This document shows, piece after piece, positions 28,730-38,597 of a stretch of 64,000 nt of DNA. The notes beneath the pieces were generated by a model. It had not been told where the DNA came from, ran no database searches, and was given only the letters and a program-made list of their open reading frames with translations. The position numbers were made by a program, and so were the translations under genes. The stretch comes from an uncultured bacterium (GTDB lineage: Bacteria; Armatimonadota; Abditibacteriia; Abditibacteriales; Abditibacteriaceae), in contig CAWJLW010000006.1 of the NCBI GenBank assembly GCA_963843795.1, forward strand, positions 310,001-374,000, given 5' to 3'. Numbering within the stretch: position 1 is the stretch's first letter; the number at the start of each line of letters is the position of its first letter.

Positions 28730-30502
28730 TCAGCGGCGCAAACGCACGCCGATAGAATTGGCATTGACACCGTTTTGTTTTTCGCGCCCGATGAGTAAAT
28801 CGATTTGTGGGCTGAGACGGATGCCGCCGTATAAGTTATACGAGTTGTCGTTGGGATCGTAATAGTTGCCTTCCAGAGAAAATCGGCCCTTTTGATAGTC
28901 GGCACCGACGCCCAATTTCGAGCGATACAAACCGTAACGCAACGTTCCATTTTTACCTAAAAAGCGTCCGCTCTGCAACGTCACGTCGGTGTCTTCGCCG
29001 ATATTGGCCAAGCCGGCGCGAAAGGGAGCGCCAAATAATTCGCTGTTGAAAGTCAGGTCGCCAAAGTTGCGACCGCGCCCATTAATGCTCTTGCCCAGAT
29101 GCCGATAGGTGAAATCGAGGCCACCCGGAGAATACAACGTGCTGCGCTCAACGGCCTTGGTCGTAACGTCAGTTTTGTCGGCTTTGGGACGTTTGCCGCC
29201 CAACAAGGCATTGATGCGCTCCGCAGTCGCTTGTGTAGCTTCCAGTGTAGCGCGCAGACTGGACGGAATCGCTTTGAGATCACTTTGTACCTGCGGATCG
29301 CCCGCCACCGTTTTCAAGCCTTCGGTCACGGTCAGCAAATTTTGTGTGGTGGCTTGCAAAGTCGTCGCAGTTTGCGACAAAGTGTTGAACGTGCTTTTTA
29401 GTTGCGCTTGATTATCGGTATTGCCAACTAAACTGTTAATTGAAGCGGCCGTGGAAGCCAGCGAACTTGAAGCGTCGCGAATCGAAGCGATGGTGGTTTT
29501 GAGTGCTTCCTGATTGTTAGGATCATCGCTCAAACGGCGAAAACCCGCGGTCGTCGCTTCAACGTTTTCTGCTGAACGGCGCAGCGAATTGAGCGCCAGT
29601 TGGGTGTTTTCTTTCAAACCACCCTTATCCACGATGAAGCGCAGGGATTCAGTGAGGCCACCCAAATTTTTTGCTGTGCCGTTGAACGAAACCAATAATT
29701 CGCGTAACTGACCGCGATTTTCTCCGACGATGCCGTTGGCCTGTCGCAGAAATCCATCGGCCTGATTGAGTAACCCGCCAGTCTGGCGCGTTAAACCGTT
29801 GAGATTGCGCGCGGCAATTCCAGCCTGCCGCACGGCAACGACGCCATCTTGCGAGGCTTGAGCCGTGTTGTTAAGAATGCGTTCGATTTGACGTTGATTA
29901 CCGGGGCCGAAACTTTTGTTGGCTGCATCGGATAATTTGGTGACGTTCTCAAAAGTGCGTGCCAAACGCTGCTGGTTGTCATACGACAAAATGCCTTTGT
30001 TGACGCGGTCGAGAGTGATATTGACTTTTTTCAAAGTCTTGCCTAAATCTTCGGCCAATACGCCAGCGGAATCGGTGAGAGTAGCGATGCCCGGTGTAGC
30101 GGTGCCGGGAATGATTTCCGATTCGCGATTGGCGACATAAGTCGGCGCGTCGGGATCGAACTCGCCGCGAATATCGACGAAGTTTTCGCCGATGAGCGCG
30201 CTCGATTGCACCGTGTAACGATAGGAACGCAGCAAGCGATACGGCGGCGTGGCATGACGGATGGCGATTGAGATGAGCGGGCGTTGCGTGGCCGAATCGA
30301 GCGCGACAGTTTGTACCGTGCCGACTTTGATGCCCTGCAAACGCACGTCGTTGCCCGCTGCGATAGTGGCCGCGCCATCTAAACGAATGGTGTAAATGTC
30401 GGCGCCAAAGCCGATGCCGCGCAGGAAAATATATCCGGCGGCCATCAAGATAAACGCCAGTACGACGACCGCGCCCACGCGGGCTTCATTGGCTAAACGC
30501 AT
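28730..30502 (-). CDS. mlaD: Long MlaD/MCE-family protein with helical stalk and beta-rich C-terminus
   Basis: EARVG TM anchor, VRLQGIKVGTV, LIGENFVDI; downstream of mlaE and mlaF. Confidence 0.85.
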   Translation of the reverse strand: MRLANEARVGAVVVLAFILMAAGYIFLRGIGFGADIYTIRLDGAATIAAGNDVRLQGIKVGTVQTVALDSATQRPLISIAIRHATPPYRLLRSYRYTVQSSALIGENFVDIRGEFDPDAPTYVANRESEIIPGTATPGIATLTDSAGVLAEDLGKTLKKVNITLDRVNKGILSYDNQQRLARTFENVTKLSDAANKSFGPGNQRQIERILNNTAQASQDGVVAVRQAGIAARNLNGLTRQTGGLLNQADGFLRQANGIVGENRGQLRELLVSFNGTAKNLGGLTESLRFIVDKGGLKENTQLALNSLRRSAENVEATTAGFRRLSDDPNNQEALKTTIASIRDASSSLASTAASINSLVGNTDNQAQLKSTFNTLSQTATTLQATTQNLLTVTEGLKTVAGDPQVQSDLKAIPSSLRATLEATQATAERINALLGGKRPKADKTDVTTKAVERSTLYSPGGLDFTYRHLGKSINGRGRNFGDLTFNSELFGAPFRAGLANIGEDTDVTLQSGRFLGKNGTLRYGLYRSKLGVGADYQKGRFSLEGNYYDPNDNSYNLYGGIRLSPQIDLLIGREKQNGVNANSIGVRLRR

Positions 30503-30573
30503 AATTGTTCACTGCTTGCTGCTTAAATCTGTTCTCAACGTTCTGCAAGTACTTGCAGAACGAATTGTGGCTT

Positions 30574-31503
30574 TCACACAACCGTGATTGGCCCCTGCGC
30601 TTCGCCGCGCATGAATTGTTGCACGACTGGCGAGGGATGATTTTGAACTTCTTCCGGCGTGCCATCGACTTCGATGCGCGCATCATATAACATAATCACG
30701 CGATCCGCGATCCGCAAAATTGAAGACAGTGAATGCGAAACCACGATATTTGTGGTGCCTTTCTGGTCACGCAATCCGACAATCAAATCATCAATTACGC
30801 GCGCCATCACCGGATCAAGGCCACTGGTCGGCTCATCGTACAGAACGATATCCGGATCGGTCGCTAAGGCGCGCGCCATCGCCACGCGCTTGCGCATTCC
30901 GCCGGAAAGTTCCGAGGGCAGTTTGCCCAAAATATCGGTTTCCGGCAGTCCGGCATCTTCCAAACGTTCAACGACAATCTTGTGGCGTTCGGCTTTGGGC
31001 ATGCGCGCTTGTTCCAAGCCGAAGCCAACATTTTCTTCCACTGTCAGCGAATCGAACAGCGCACCGTATTGAAAAACAAAGCCCATATCGGCGCGCACTT
31101 CACTCATCTGCGCTTCGGTCAAGCCAACGATATTGCGTCCGTTAATCAAAATTTCGCCGCTATCGGGCTGCTGCAAACCAGCCATCAAGCGCAGCAGCGT
31201 GGTTTTTCCCTGGCCGGAAACGCCCATCACGCAGAGAATAGATTTCGGCGCGACTTCAAACGAGACATCATCCAAAATCAAGCGCCGCCCACGATTGCGC
31301 CGCAAACGTTGCGCTCGCTCGCGCGCCACCCGCATCAAACGCGCGCGCCGACTTTGGTCTTCATCGTCGGCTATCGTGGTATGGGGGTCTTCGGCGTCGG
31401 GATCGGGCACGCTAAACGACACATTGCGGAATTCGATGATTGGGGCCGCAGCGTTTTTCGCAGAAGATTCAGTTGTGATCTCGGTATCAGCGGAATCTGG
31501 CAT
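30574..31503 (-). CDS. mlaF: MlaF/Mkl-family ABC ATPase
   Basis: GVSGQGKTT, FQYGALFDSLTV, PSELSGGMRKRVA, LYDEPTSGLDP. Confidence 0.9.
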   Translation of the reverse strand: MPDSADTEITTESSAKNAAAPIIEFRNVSFSVPDPDAEDPHTTIADDEDQSRRARLMRVARERAQRLRRNRGRRLILDDVSFEVAPKSILCVMGVSGQGKTTLLRLMAGLQQPDSGEILINGRNIVGLTEAQMSEVRADMGFVFQYGALFDSLTVEENVGFGLEQARMPKAERHKIVVERLEDAGLPETDILGKLPSELSGGMRKRVAMARALATDPDIVLYDEPTSGLDPVMARVIDDLIVGLRDQKGTTNIVVSHSLSSILRIADRVIMLYDARIEVDGTPEEVQNHPSPVVQQFMRGEAQGPITVV

Positions 31504-31511
31504 AGAACAAA

Positions 31512-32300
31512 TCAAAACGAAATCAGATTGGACGAATCCTGCAAAATTAGGCTGAGGAAAAAGTCGAGCATATAAACGCCCATAATCGCGAAAACAACTG
31601 AGGAAGTCGTGGCGCGTCCCACACCTGCCGCGCCGCCCTTGGTCGTCAAACCCTGACGACAGCCGACTAAAACCACAATCAAAGCGAAAGGAAACGTTTT
31701 CACCAAACCCTGCACTTGATCCTGCACCGTAGTAATTTCTTGAAACGAGCGCCAGAACAATGCGGGCGCCACGCCATTGCTAATCGCCGCCACGTAACCA
31801 CCCAACACGCCTGCGCCATTGGCGAGCAGCGTAATCAGCGGCATCATAATCAGCGTGCCTACCAGGCGAGGCACCACTAGGTAGCGCGTCGGGCTGGTCG
31901 CCAGCGCACGCAGCGCATCGACTTGTTCGGTAACCACCATCGAACCCAGTTCCGCTGCCATCGCCGAACCCGAACGCGCCGCAATCACAATCGCCGTACT
32001 GATGGGCGCGATTTCCAAAGCCAAGCTTTTGCCAACCAAACCACCAACCAATCCTGGCTGTCCATATTTGGCTAACTGAATCGATGCGTAGAGTGCGGCG
32101 ACCGCGCCGGAAAAGCCCACGGTAATAATTGCGATAAGCAAGGAGCCAACGCCAACTTCGGCCATCTGGCGCACGGTGTGGCGATAGGAAATCGCGCCGC
32201 GCACGATGAAACCCATAGATTCCCAGAACAAAGCGGAAATTTGGCCAAAAAAAGTGAAGAATTCGGCAAAAGCCGCTTCCAGGGGAACTTGTCGCTGCAT
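31512..32300 (-). CDS. mlaE: MlaE-family ABC permease
   Basis: RSGSAMAAELGSMVVTEQVDAL, YLVVPR, GGAAGVGRATT. Confidence 0.92.
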   Translation of the reverse strand: MQRQVPLEAAFAEFFTFFGQISALFWESMGFIVRGAISYRHTVRQMAEVGVGSLLIAIITVGFSGAVAALYASIQLAKYGQPGLVGGLVGKSLALEIAPISTAIVIAARSGSAMAAELGSMVVTEQVDALRALATSPTRYLVVPRLVGTLIMMPLITLLANGAGVLGGYVAAISNGVAPALFWRSFQEITTVQDQVQGLVKTFPFALIVVLVGCRQGLTTKGGAAGVGRATTSSVVFAIMGVYMLDFFLSLILQDSSNLISF

Positions 32301-32481
32301 CGCGACATATTATAGCGCAAACCGCCTTCGCTCCTTCGCCAAACCAAGCCGTTGCAAGTACCTGCAACCCCGTTGGCATCACATTTTTGACAAAAGAAAC
32401 TTCTGTAGATAATTGTATGGCGCCGCGACGCGAAAAGCTTTGTAAACTTCGCTTGGCTCCGAGTTGCACTTGAAAACTGTT

Positions 32482-33000
32482 ATGAAAAATTCTTCCGCTC
32501 TTGATTCCCCCCTCGCGCCCGAAAATTCTCTGTCTCCCACAGCGGCGTCAACTTCCTCGTTGCGCATCGCGTGGCCGCATGTTGTGTTGGGAATTATCGG
32601 ACTGGCGATTTCGTTTTACGCCGTGCATTTGCATAAAATAGTCAAAAGTGGCGGCAGCGCGTGTGGCATTTCGGAAACCATTTCGTGCGACAAAGTTTTG
32701 GCTTCATATTGGGGTGCGCCGCTGGGCATTCCTTTAGGCTATTTCGGCGCGCTGTTTTTTGCGCTCGTGATTATCACCGCGATTTCCACCGTGCCAATTG
32801 ACACGCCGCGTCGCGCTATCGCCCTGCCGCGTTTGTTGTTAGCGAGTTGCGGCATCTTGGGTTCGATGGCTTTGACCGGAATTTCTATCGCCTTAATTCA
32901 CGCCGTGTGCCCGGTTTGCTTGGCCACGCACGCCACCGTTTTAGTGAATTTCCTGTTCGCGCTGTGGGCCTATTTCGGTCCACCCATTCGTCAATCGTAA
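32482..33000 (+). CDS. Vitamin K epoxide reductase (VKOR) family protein
   Basis: CGISETISCDKVLAS, GIP..G, VCPVC CxxC. Confidence 0.88.
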   Translation: MKNSSALDSPLAPENSLSPTAASTSSLRIAWPHVVLGIIGLAISFYAVHLHKIVKSGGSACGISETISCDKVLASYWGAPLGIPLGYFGALFFALVIITAISTVPIDTPRRAIALPRLLLASCGILGSMALTGISIALIHAVCPVCLATHATVLVNFLFALWAYFGPPIRQS

Positions 33001-33009
33001 AGTGAAAGC

Positions 33010-33045
33010 AAAAAGCGCGCTGCAAGTACTTGCAGCGCGCTTTTT
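33010..33045. terminator. Bidirectional terminator-like palindrome with GCAAGTACTTGC core
   Basis: AAAAAGCGCGCT-core-AGCGCGCTTTTT between convergent genes. Confidence 0.75.
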
Positions 33046-33055
33046 TATTATTGAA

Positions 33056-34048
33056 TCAATCCATCAACGCTTTTGCTGCGGACCAACCGGAACGAATGGC
33101 GCCTTCGACTTTCGAACCGCCGAATGCGTCGCCCGCGAAGATTAAATTCGCTGCCTCCCAGCGCAAAAATCCGTCGTCGCGCGCGTGATTGGGTTTGGAA
33201 AACTTCCAGCGCGCGACCGATGATGCACGGATTTCCGCGCCCAGAAACACTTGCGCGGCACTAGCAAGTACTTGCACCGTGCTCGCGTCGTCCAAAGCAT
33301 AATTTTGCGCGCTCCACTGGGGCGCGCCGTGAACGGTAATGGCGCCTTCGACACCCGAAACGCCTTTCTGAAAATTATCGCCGATCCACGCAATTGGTTC
33401 TTCTTCGCAATACAACGCGCCCGGAGCGGGAACGCGACCCGCATTTTCTAGCCACAGCAGAGCGGCCACGCACGATTCATAAGTCACATCTTCCAATTGC
33501 GCGCGCAAATTGGTGGGCAAATTCACCGCGCCCGCATCCAATAACGCCAGCGATTGTGGAACCGGACATGTAAGCAACAGCGAACGCGAAGTGCAAGTAT
33601 TTGCATCATCGAAAGTCAGTGTCCACACGTTGTCATGCCATTCCAATTTTGTCACGCGCTGTGCGGTCTGAATGTTTAAATCTTGCGCAAGATTTTTGGC
33701 GAGGGAACTCATGCCGCTCGTGGCGCAATAGCGCGGATGACCATCGCTTTGCGCTTCAATTTTGCCATCGAGATGCGCGGTTGTCTGACCGCGAAACCAT
33801 TCGTGCGCCAAGCCATTGTCGCACCAATCGCGCACGATTTGTTGAAAGCGCTCGTCGCGCGCGGTGAAAAATTGCGCTCCGTGATCGAAGTGCGCGGTTT
33901 CGCCGTTATCTTCCAAGCGCCGCGTCGCCATGCGCCCGCCCACGCCGCGCCCTTTGTCGTAAATCGTGGTTTCGATGTTGTGGGATTTTAGGTCGCGCGC
34001 GCAGGATAATCCGCTCAGTCCGGCTCCGATGATAGTGATTTCGTTCAT
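33056..34048 (-). CDS. Renalase-like FAD-dependent oxidoreductase
   Basis: IIGAGLSGL, DKGRGVGGRMATRR, FDHGAQFFT, GDAF..VEGAIRSG. Confidence 0.9.
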   Translation of the reverse strand: MNEITIIGAGLSGLSCARDLKSHNIETTIYDKGRGVGGRMATRRLEDNGETAHFDHGAQFFTARDERFQQIVRDWCDNGLAHEWFRGQTTAHLDGKIEAQSDGHPRYCATSGMSSLAKNLAQDLNIQTAQRVTKLEWHDNVWTLTFDDANTCTSRSLLLTCPVPQSLALLDAGAVNLPTNLRAQLEDVTYESCVAALLWLENAGRVPAPGALYCEEEPIAWIGDNFQKGVSGVEGAITVHGAPQWSAQNYALDDASTVQVLASAAQVFLGAEIRASSVARWKFSKPNHARDDGFLRWEAANLIFAGDAFGGSKVEGAIRSGWSAAKALMD

Positions 34049-34065
34049 GATGTTAATGATGGCAA

Positions 34066-34103
34066 AAAACAGTCCGCTGCAAGTACTTGCAGCGGACTGT
34101 TTT
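34066..34103 (-). terminator. Palindrome with GCAAGTACTTGC core downstream of htpX
   Basis: AAAACAGTCCGCT-core-AGCGGACTGTTTT. Confidence 0.6.
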
Positions 34104-34118
34104 CGAGAATTCTGTGAT

Positions 34119-34988
34119 TTAAACCGGCAGCAGCGACGGGTCAAATTGCAGTTGCTGCAAGCGCTTGATGCGCTCTTCCATCGGCGGATGTGTCGAAAAC
34201 AAACTGGCGATTCCGCCCACGCCGCGCAGCGGATTCACAATGCGCAAATGAGCGGTTTGCGGCGCGGCGAAGCGCGAGGGAATACGTTGCGCGCCGCCTT
34301 CGAGCTTCGAGAGCGCGTGAATCAGACCATCGGGCGAGCCGGTGAGTCGGGCAGCGATGGCATCGGCTTCAAATTCGCGCGAACGAGAAATTGCCATCTG
34401 CACCATCATCGCCGCAATCGGCGCGATAAAAACCATCGCAAGGGCCACAAGCGGGCTGCCATCGCGGTCGTCGTGACGCCCCATGCCGCCGAACATCGCC
34501 GCGAAACGGCCCATATTCGCCAGCATCATGATCGCGCCCGCGAGCGTGGCCACGACCGACATAATCAAGGTGTCGCGATGCTTGACGTGACCGATTTCGT
34601 GAGCGATTACGCCCTCGACTTCGCGCTGATTGAGAATTTGCAGCAATCCACGATTGACGGCAATCGCCGCGTGATTCGGGTCGCGTCCGGTTGCGAAAGC
34701 GTTCGGCTGCGGGTCGTCGATCACGTAAAGTTTCGGCATCGGAACTTGCGCGCGCTGAGCGAGTTCTGCGGTCATCTGATAAAGCGCAGGCGCATCGGCT
34801 TGCGACATCGGGCGCGCGTTGCTCATACCGAGCACGATGCGGTCGCTGAACCAATAAGAACCGAAATTCATCACAATCGCGAACAGAAACGCGAGGATCA
34901 TGCCTTGCTGCCCGCCGATAACGCGGCCCATCACGACGAAAAGCGCCGTGAGAGCCGTCAACATCAAACCAACTTTAAGTGTGTTCAT
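34119..34988 (-). CDS. htpX: Zinc metalloprotease HtpX (M48)
   Basis: PNAFATGR, AHEIGH, ISRSREFEAD, FSTHPP. Confidence 0.95.
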   Translation of the reverse strand: MNTLKVGLMLTALTALFVVMGRVIGGQQGMILAFLFAIVMNFGSYWFSDRIVLGMSNARPMSQADAPALYQMTAELAQRAQVPMPKLYVIDDPQPNAFATGRDPNHAAIAVNRGLLQILNQREVEGVIAHEIGHVKHRDTLIMSVVATLAGAIMMLANMGRFAAMFGGMGRHDDRDGSPLVALAMVFIAPIAAMMVQMAISRSREFEADAIAARLTGSPDGLIHALSKLEGGAQRIPSRFAAPQTAHLRIVNPLRGVGGIASLFSTHPPMEERIKRLQQLQFDPSLLPV

Positions 34989-35269
34989 GGAAGTTAAAAA
35001 CGAAGTTTCAAAAACGAAGTTTGACCGCGTTTATGGACGCACACTATTCGCTAACGTTGCGCATTTCGGGCGCGCTGATAACGCCCATCACGACAGGCTT
35101 GCGAACAAAATTTTACTTCGTCCCAATTCTTCGCCCATTTCTTGCGCCACGCGAACGAACGCCCGCAAACCGGACAAATTTTGGTCGGCAAATGTTGTTT
35201 TTTAACAGCTTTCATATCGCGCGGCGCGGCTCAAATTGTGCGCCAAACCGGCGGCAAGTACTTGCCACC

Positions 35270-37465
35270 TCAGACCGCAACTGCCGCATCTGACAGCGGT
35301 AAAACAATTGTCACGCGCGTGCCTTGTTGCGGGGCCGAAGCAATCGCCAGTGTGCCGCCGACGATTGCCAGCATGGTGCCGTGCAAAGATAAACCCTGTC
35401 CACTGCCGCCCGCGCCATCGCGCGGCAAATTTTCGTTTTCGGGTGGAACACCGATGCCATTGTCTTCGATGCAAATGGTCCAGTTATCGCTGCGTTGCAG
35501 CGTCACTTTCAATTGCAATTCTCGACCGGGCGCACGCGCGTAACGCGCGGCGTTGCGAATCGCTTCACGCGCGGCGTGAAACAACACTTCGCCGGTTAAA
35601 GCCGGCAGTTGCGCGGCCTGAAGTTCGGTTTCGGCATCAATTGTAAATTCGGTGTTATCGAAATGACCGGCGAATTCGTAATTCAAACAATCGCGCAGCG
35701 CACCCGCCAAACCTTTGCGCTCCCATTCGGGCGTGGTCGAAAGCGGCATTTCACGCAGCAGATTGGAAATTTGCCGATGTACATCGGCCAGCTGATTCAG
35801 GGTTTCCGTGCCCGCGCCATTCAAATTTGGCAGCGCGCTGAGCGAAAGCATCGCCGCGTGCAATTGCGGCAAAATATCGTCGTGGAGGGTGCGGCGCGTG
35901 CGATGATCGACCAGACGACTTTGAGTGAGTTTGCGGCGCTGTAAATCCATTAATCTGGCGGCAATTTCGCCGCCAGCGCGCGTATCAATCAAGCGTTCTC
36001 CGCCCGATTGCGCGATTTCAATTTCTTCCTGTGCGAACAACGCGTTATCCGCGCGCGCTCCCAACAAAAGAACGCCGCTCAACCCGCGTGTACTCCAAAG
36101 AGGAACCGCCCATTGCGCGCCACCAAAATTTTCGCTTTCCACTCCGCAGCACAAACGCACATCTTGAAGTTTTTCGACCAGATTGGCCAGCGAGGGCGCG
36201 CTTTTCGTGGTGGGAAAACAAAGCGGTGGCCCGAAAAGCGGAGAAACTGAACCCAATGGAATGAGATACGCGACGCGCACATTCAAAACTTCTGCGCACA
36301 GCGCGCGAAATTGTTCGCTCGCGCCTTGTTGTGGTGTGGACGTTTGGTTTTCGTCGTCTGCAAGTACTTGCAGCGCGCTTTGGCCGCCCAAAAGCGAATC
36401 GAAGAAATGTTGCGACCGCAAAAAAGGCCGCAAACCGGCGATATGCGCTTCGCGGTCGGCAAAGCTGCGCCACGCGAAAAGCGCGTAAGAAACGCTAAGT
36501 AAAATCGTGGTCAAAAGCAGCGGATAAACCGGACGCAACGGCAACGCCCACGCCAATGCGACCAGGGCGCTGTAAGCGGCGGCGAGCAGAACGAATTGGC
36601 GCCACTGCTTGAAAAAACCGCGTCGCGGCAAGGCTTGGGCGCTGAAAATTTCGTGCGAGACAATCGCTTTGCCCATCAAAACAATCGCGCCCGAAATCAA
36701 AACCGTCGCCAGCAAATCGACGCTATCAACAAAGGTAATCACCTCGCTGACTACTCGCGCCGGTTGTTCGCGCAGCACGAGTGCCACCACGCGTTCCAAA
36801 ACCAGCGCCACCAAAAGCGATACGCAAAATTGCAACACGCTCGAACCAATCAGCCACGGTCGCGCGCGCCGTCGCGCCTGGTCGCCCATCAAACGTGCCG
36901 TCGGGCCAGGCCGTCGCAAAGCATCAATTGAAAGCACCCCGCACGCCAACAGATATGGCGGATAAAGCGCGAACAGCCACGGCAGCGCGCGCACGCGGAA
37001 GCGCCCGTCGAAATCGGCCATCAATTGCAGCAAGCGAAACGGATTGACGACAAAAAGCACGATAATCAGCAAAATTGCGATGAAAATCGTGAAAGCGAGC
37101 CAGCGTTTCTGCCGACGATACAACTGCGAACGTTGAGCGCGTGGCAGATGATTGTCGTCCCAGAAACCGGCATACCATAGCATCAAACCATACCAGCCCA
37201 GCGGCAGCAAAATGACGCTGCACCAAGCCGGAATCCACCAACGTCCCATTTGTGCCAGCAAATCTTCGAGATGATAATCGAGTGTGGCGGTGTGACCAAC
37301 GAAAAAGAGGCCACCCAACATCATGCCAAGTCCCGCGACCCAAGCGACCCAAGCACCACGCCGCGCCTGCAGCCACACGGTGAGGCCGAGCCACAGCAGC
37401 ACGATGGTGTTGAACATCGAAGCCGTCGCAATGCCCCATTGCACAAATTCGGTGGTGAAGTTCAT
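35270..37465 (-). CDS. Multi-TM sensor histidine kinase (HisKA_3 type)
   Basis: Many TM helices, GAF-like linker, RRTLHDD H-box, EAIRNAARYA, EDNGIG, GQGL. Confidence 0.85.
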   Translation of the reverse strand: MNFTTEFVQWGIATASMFNTIVLLWLGLTVWLQARRGAWVAWVAGLGMMLGGLFFVGHTATLDYHLEDLLAQMGRWWIPAWCSVILLPLGWYGLMLWYAGFWDDNHLPRAQRSQLYRRQKRWLAFTIFIAILLIIVLFVVNPFRLLQLMADFDGRFRVRALPWLFALYPPYLLACGVLSIDALRRPGPTARLMGDQARRRARPWLIGSSVLQFCVSLLVALVLERVVALVLREQPARVVSEVITFVDSVDLLATVLISGAIVLMGKAIVSHEIFSAQALPRRGFFKQWRQFVLLAAAYSALVALAWALPLRPVYPLLLTTILLSVSYALFAWRSFADREAHIAGLRPFLRSQHFFDSLLGGQSALQVLADDENQTSTPQQGASEQFRALCAEVLNVRVAYLIPLGSVSPLFGPPLCFPTTKSAPSLANLVEKLQDVRLCCGVESENFGGAQWAVPLWSTRGLSGVLLLGARADNALFAQEEIEIAQSGGERLIDTRAGGEIAARLMDLQRRKLTQSRLVDHRTRRTLHDDILPQLHAAMLSLSALPNLNGAGTETLNQLADVHRQISNLLREMPLSTTPEWERKGLAGALRDCLNYEFAGHFDNTEFTIDAETELQAAQLPALTGEVLFHAAREAIRNAARYARAPGRELQLKVTLQRSDNWTICIEDNGIGVPPENENLPRDGAGGSGQGLSLHGTMLAIVGGTLAIASAPQQGTRVTIVLPLSDAAVAV

Positions 37466-37612
37466 AAATCGGAATGTGAAACTGGGGAGGTGGAAATTAA
37501 GATCTTCGTTTGCAACTCAATTATCGGAAGTTGCAGGGTACGAGTCTTTGACTCGTTCGTATTTGAACAAATAAAATTCGATTCCTATTTCTTGAAATGG
37601 TAATGGCAACAA

Positions 37613-37638
37613 GGGCGGGTCAGAGACCCACACCCTAC
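37613..37638 (-). repeat. GTAG-type REP-like hairpin
   Basis: Minus strand GTAGGGTGTGGGTCTCTGACCCGCCC: GTAG followed by an imperfect hairpin; single copy in window. Confidence 0.4.
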
Positions 37639-37724
37639 AAAACATGCTTAAATCAATCAGATTCGTTGCCAGAGAAAGTGGCAAAAGTGCCCGGCAAGTA
37701 CTTGCAAGAGACTCTACCTTCGCT

Positions 37725-38471
37725 TCAGCCTTTCCACGCTACGCGTTTGCCGCGTTCATCGCGCACGGTCGCGTTGCCGTCGTCGTCCCATTCGATCAAG
37801 CGCCCGGCGCGCAGAATTAACGCAGCGCGCAATCGGGCGACTTTTTCATCGGTCGCGGTATCATTTAAGCCCCAAGCCGTATAAATCATGCCATTGGTGC
37901 GCGAAATGGTGCGCTTATCGCGAAAGCCCATGCGCGCGGCGATGTGTTCGTTGGTCATGCCGATAGCCAGCATTTGCGCGACTTCGCGTTCGTTGGGTTC
38001 GAGCAAACTGAGCGGCGATTGTTCGTCTTTGCGCCGCACTTCCTGCACGCGACTTTCAATGTCGGGGTCGATAAACGAGCGCCCCGCGACGGCATCTTTC
38101 AACAGCGGAACGATCATCGCGGGCAAGAGGTAATTCGATTTGCGCACATACGCGTAATGGCTTAAAATGCCCGACGCGCGGAAATCGCGATAATAAGCGT
38201 CGTCGTCTTGAATCGAATAAAAAACCAGGGGCAAACGCGGAAATTCGCGGCGCAGCGCGACGGCAGTTTGAATTCCGTTCATCGGTCCGTCGAGCTGCAC
38301 GTCCATCAAAACCGCATTCGGGCGTTTTTCTGCATCGTGCAAGCAGTAATCGAGCGCGTCTTCACCCGCGCCGCAATCGTGCACAACGCGCACATCTCCT
38401 GTACTTTGCAGACCATCTTTCATCGCCGGTCGCAATTTGCGATTATCTTCCACCATCAAAATCTCGATCAT
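37725..38471 (-). CDS. NarL/LuxR-like response regulator
   Basis: MIEILMVEDN, VLMDVQL, C-terminal HTH-like LEPNEREVAQMLAIGMTNEHIA. Confidence 0.88.
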   Translation of the reverse strand: MIEILMVEDNRKLRPAMKDGLQSTGDVRVVHDCGAGEDALDYCLHDAEKRPNAVLMDVQLDGPMNGIQTAVALRREFPRLPLVFYSIQDDDAYYRDFRASGILSHYAYVRKSNYLLPAMIVPLLKDAVAGRSFIDPDIESRVQEVRRKDEQSPLSLLEPNEREVAQMLAIGMTNEHIAARMGFRDKRTISRTNGMIYTAWGLNDTATDEKVARLRAALILRAGRLIEWDDDGNATVRDERGKRVAWKG

Positions 38472-38597
38472 AATTCGCCTCGCTGTGAATTGATTTCTCG
38501 TGAATTCAATCCTACAACGCGCCGCAAGTACTTGCGCACACCCGCGTGCAAGTACTTGCGGCGTTGCGTGCAATATGAATTGTTAAAATAAATTACA

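Noticed and set aside
33966..34997. 343-aa plus-strand ORF
   Set aside because: Antisense shadow of htpX with no motifs; the same applies to long shadow ORFs over purL, the SBBP protein, the vWA protein and GH10
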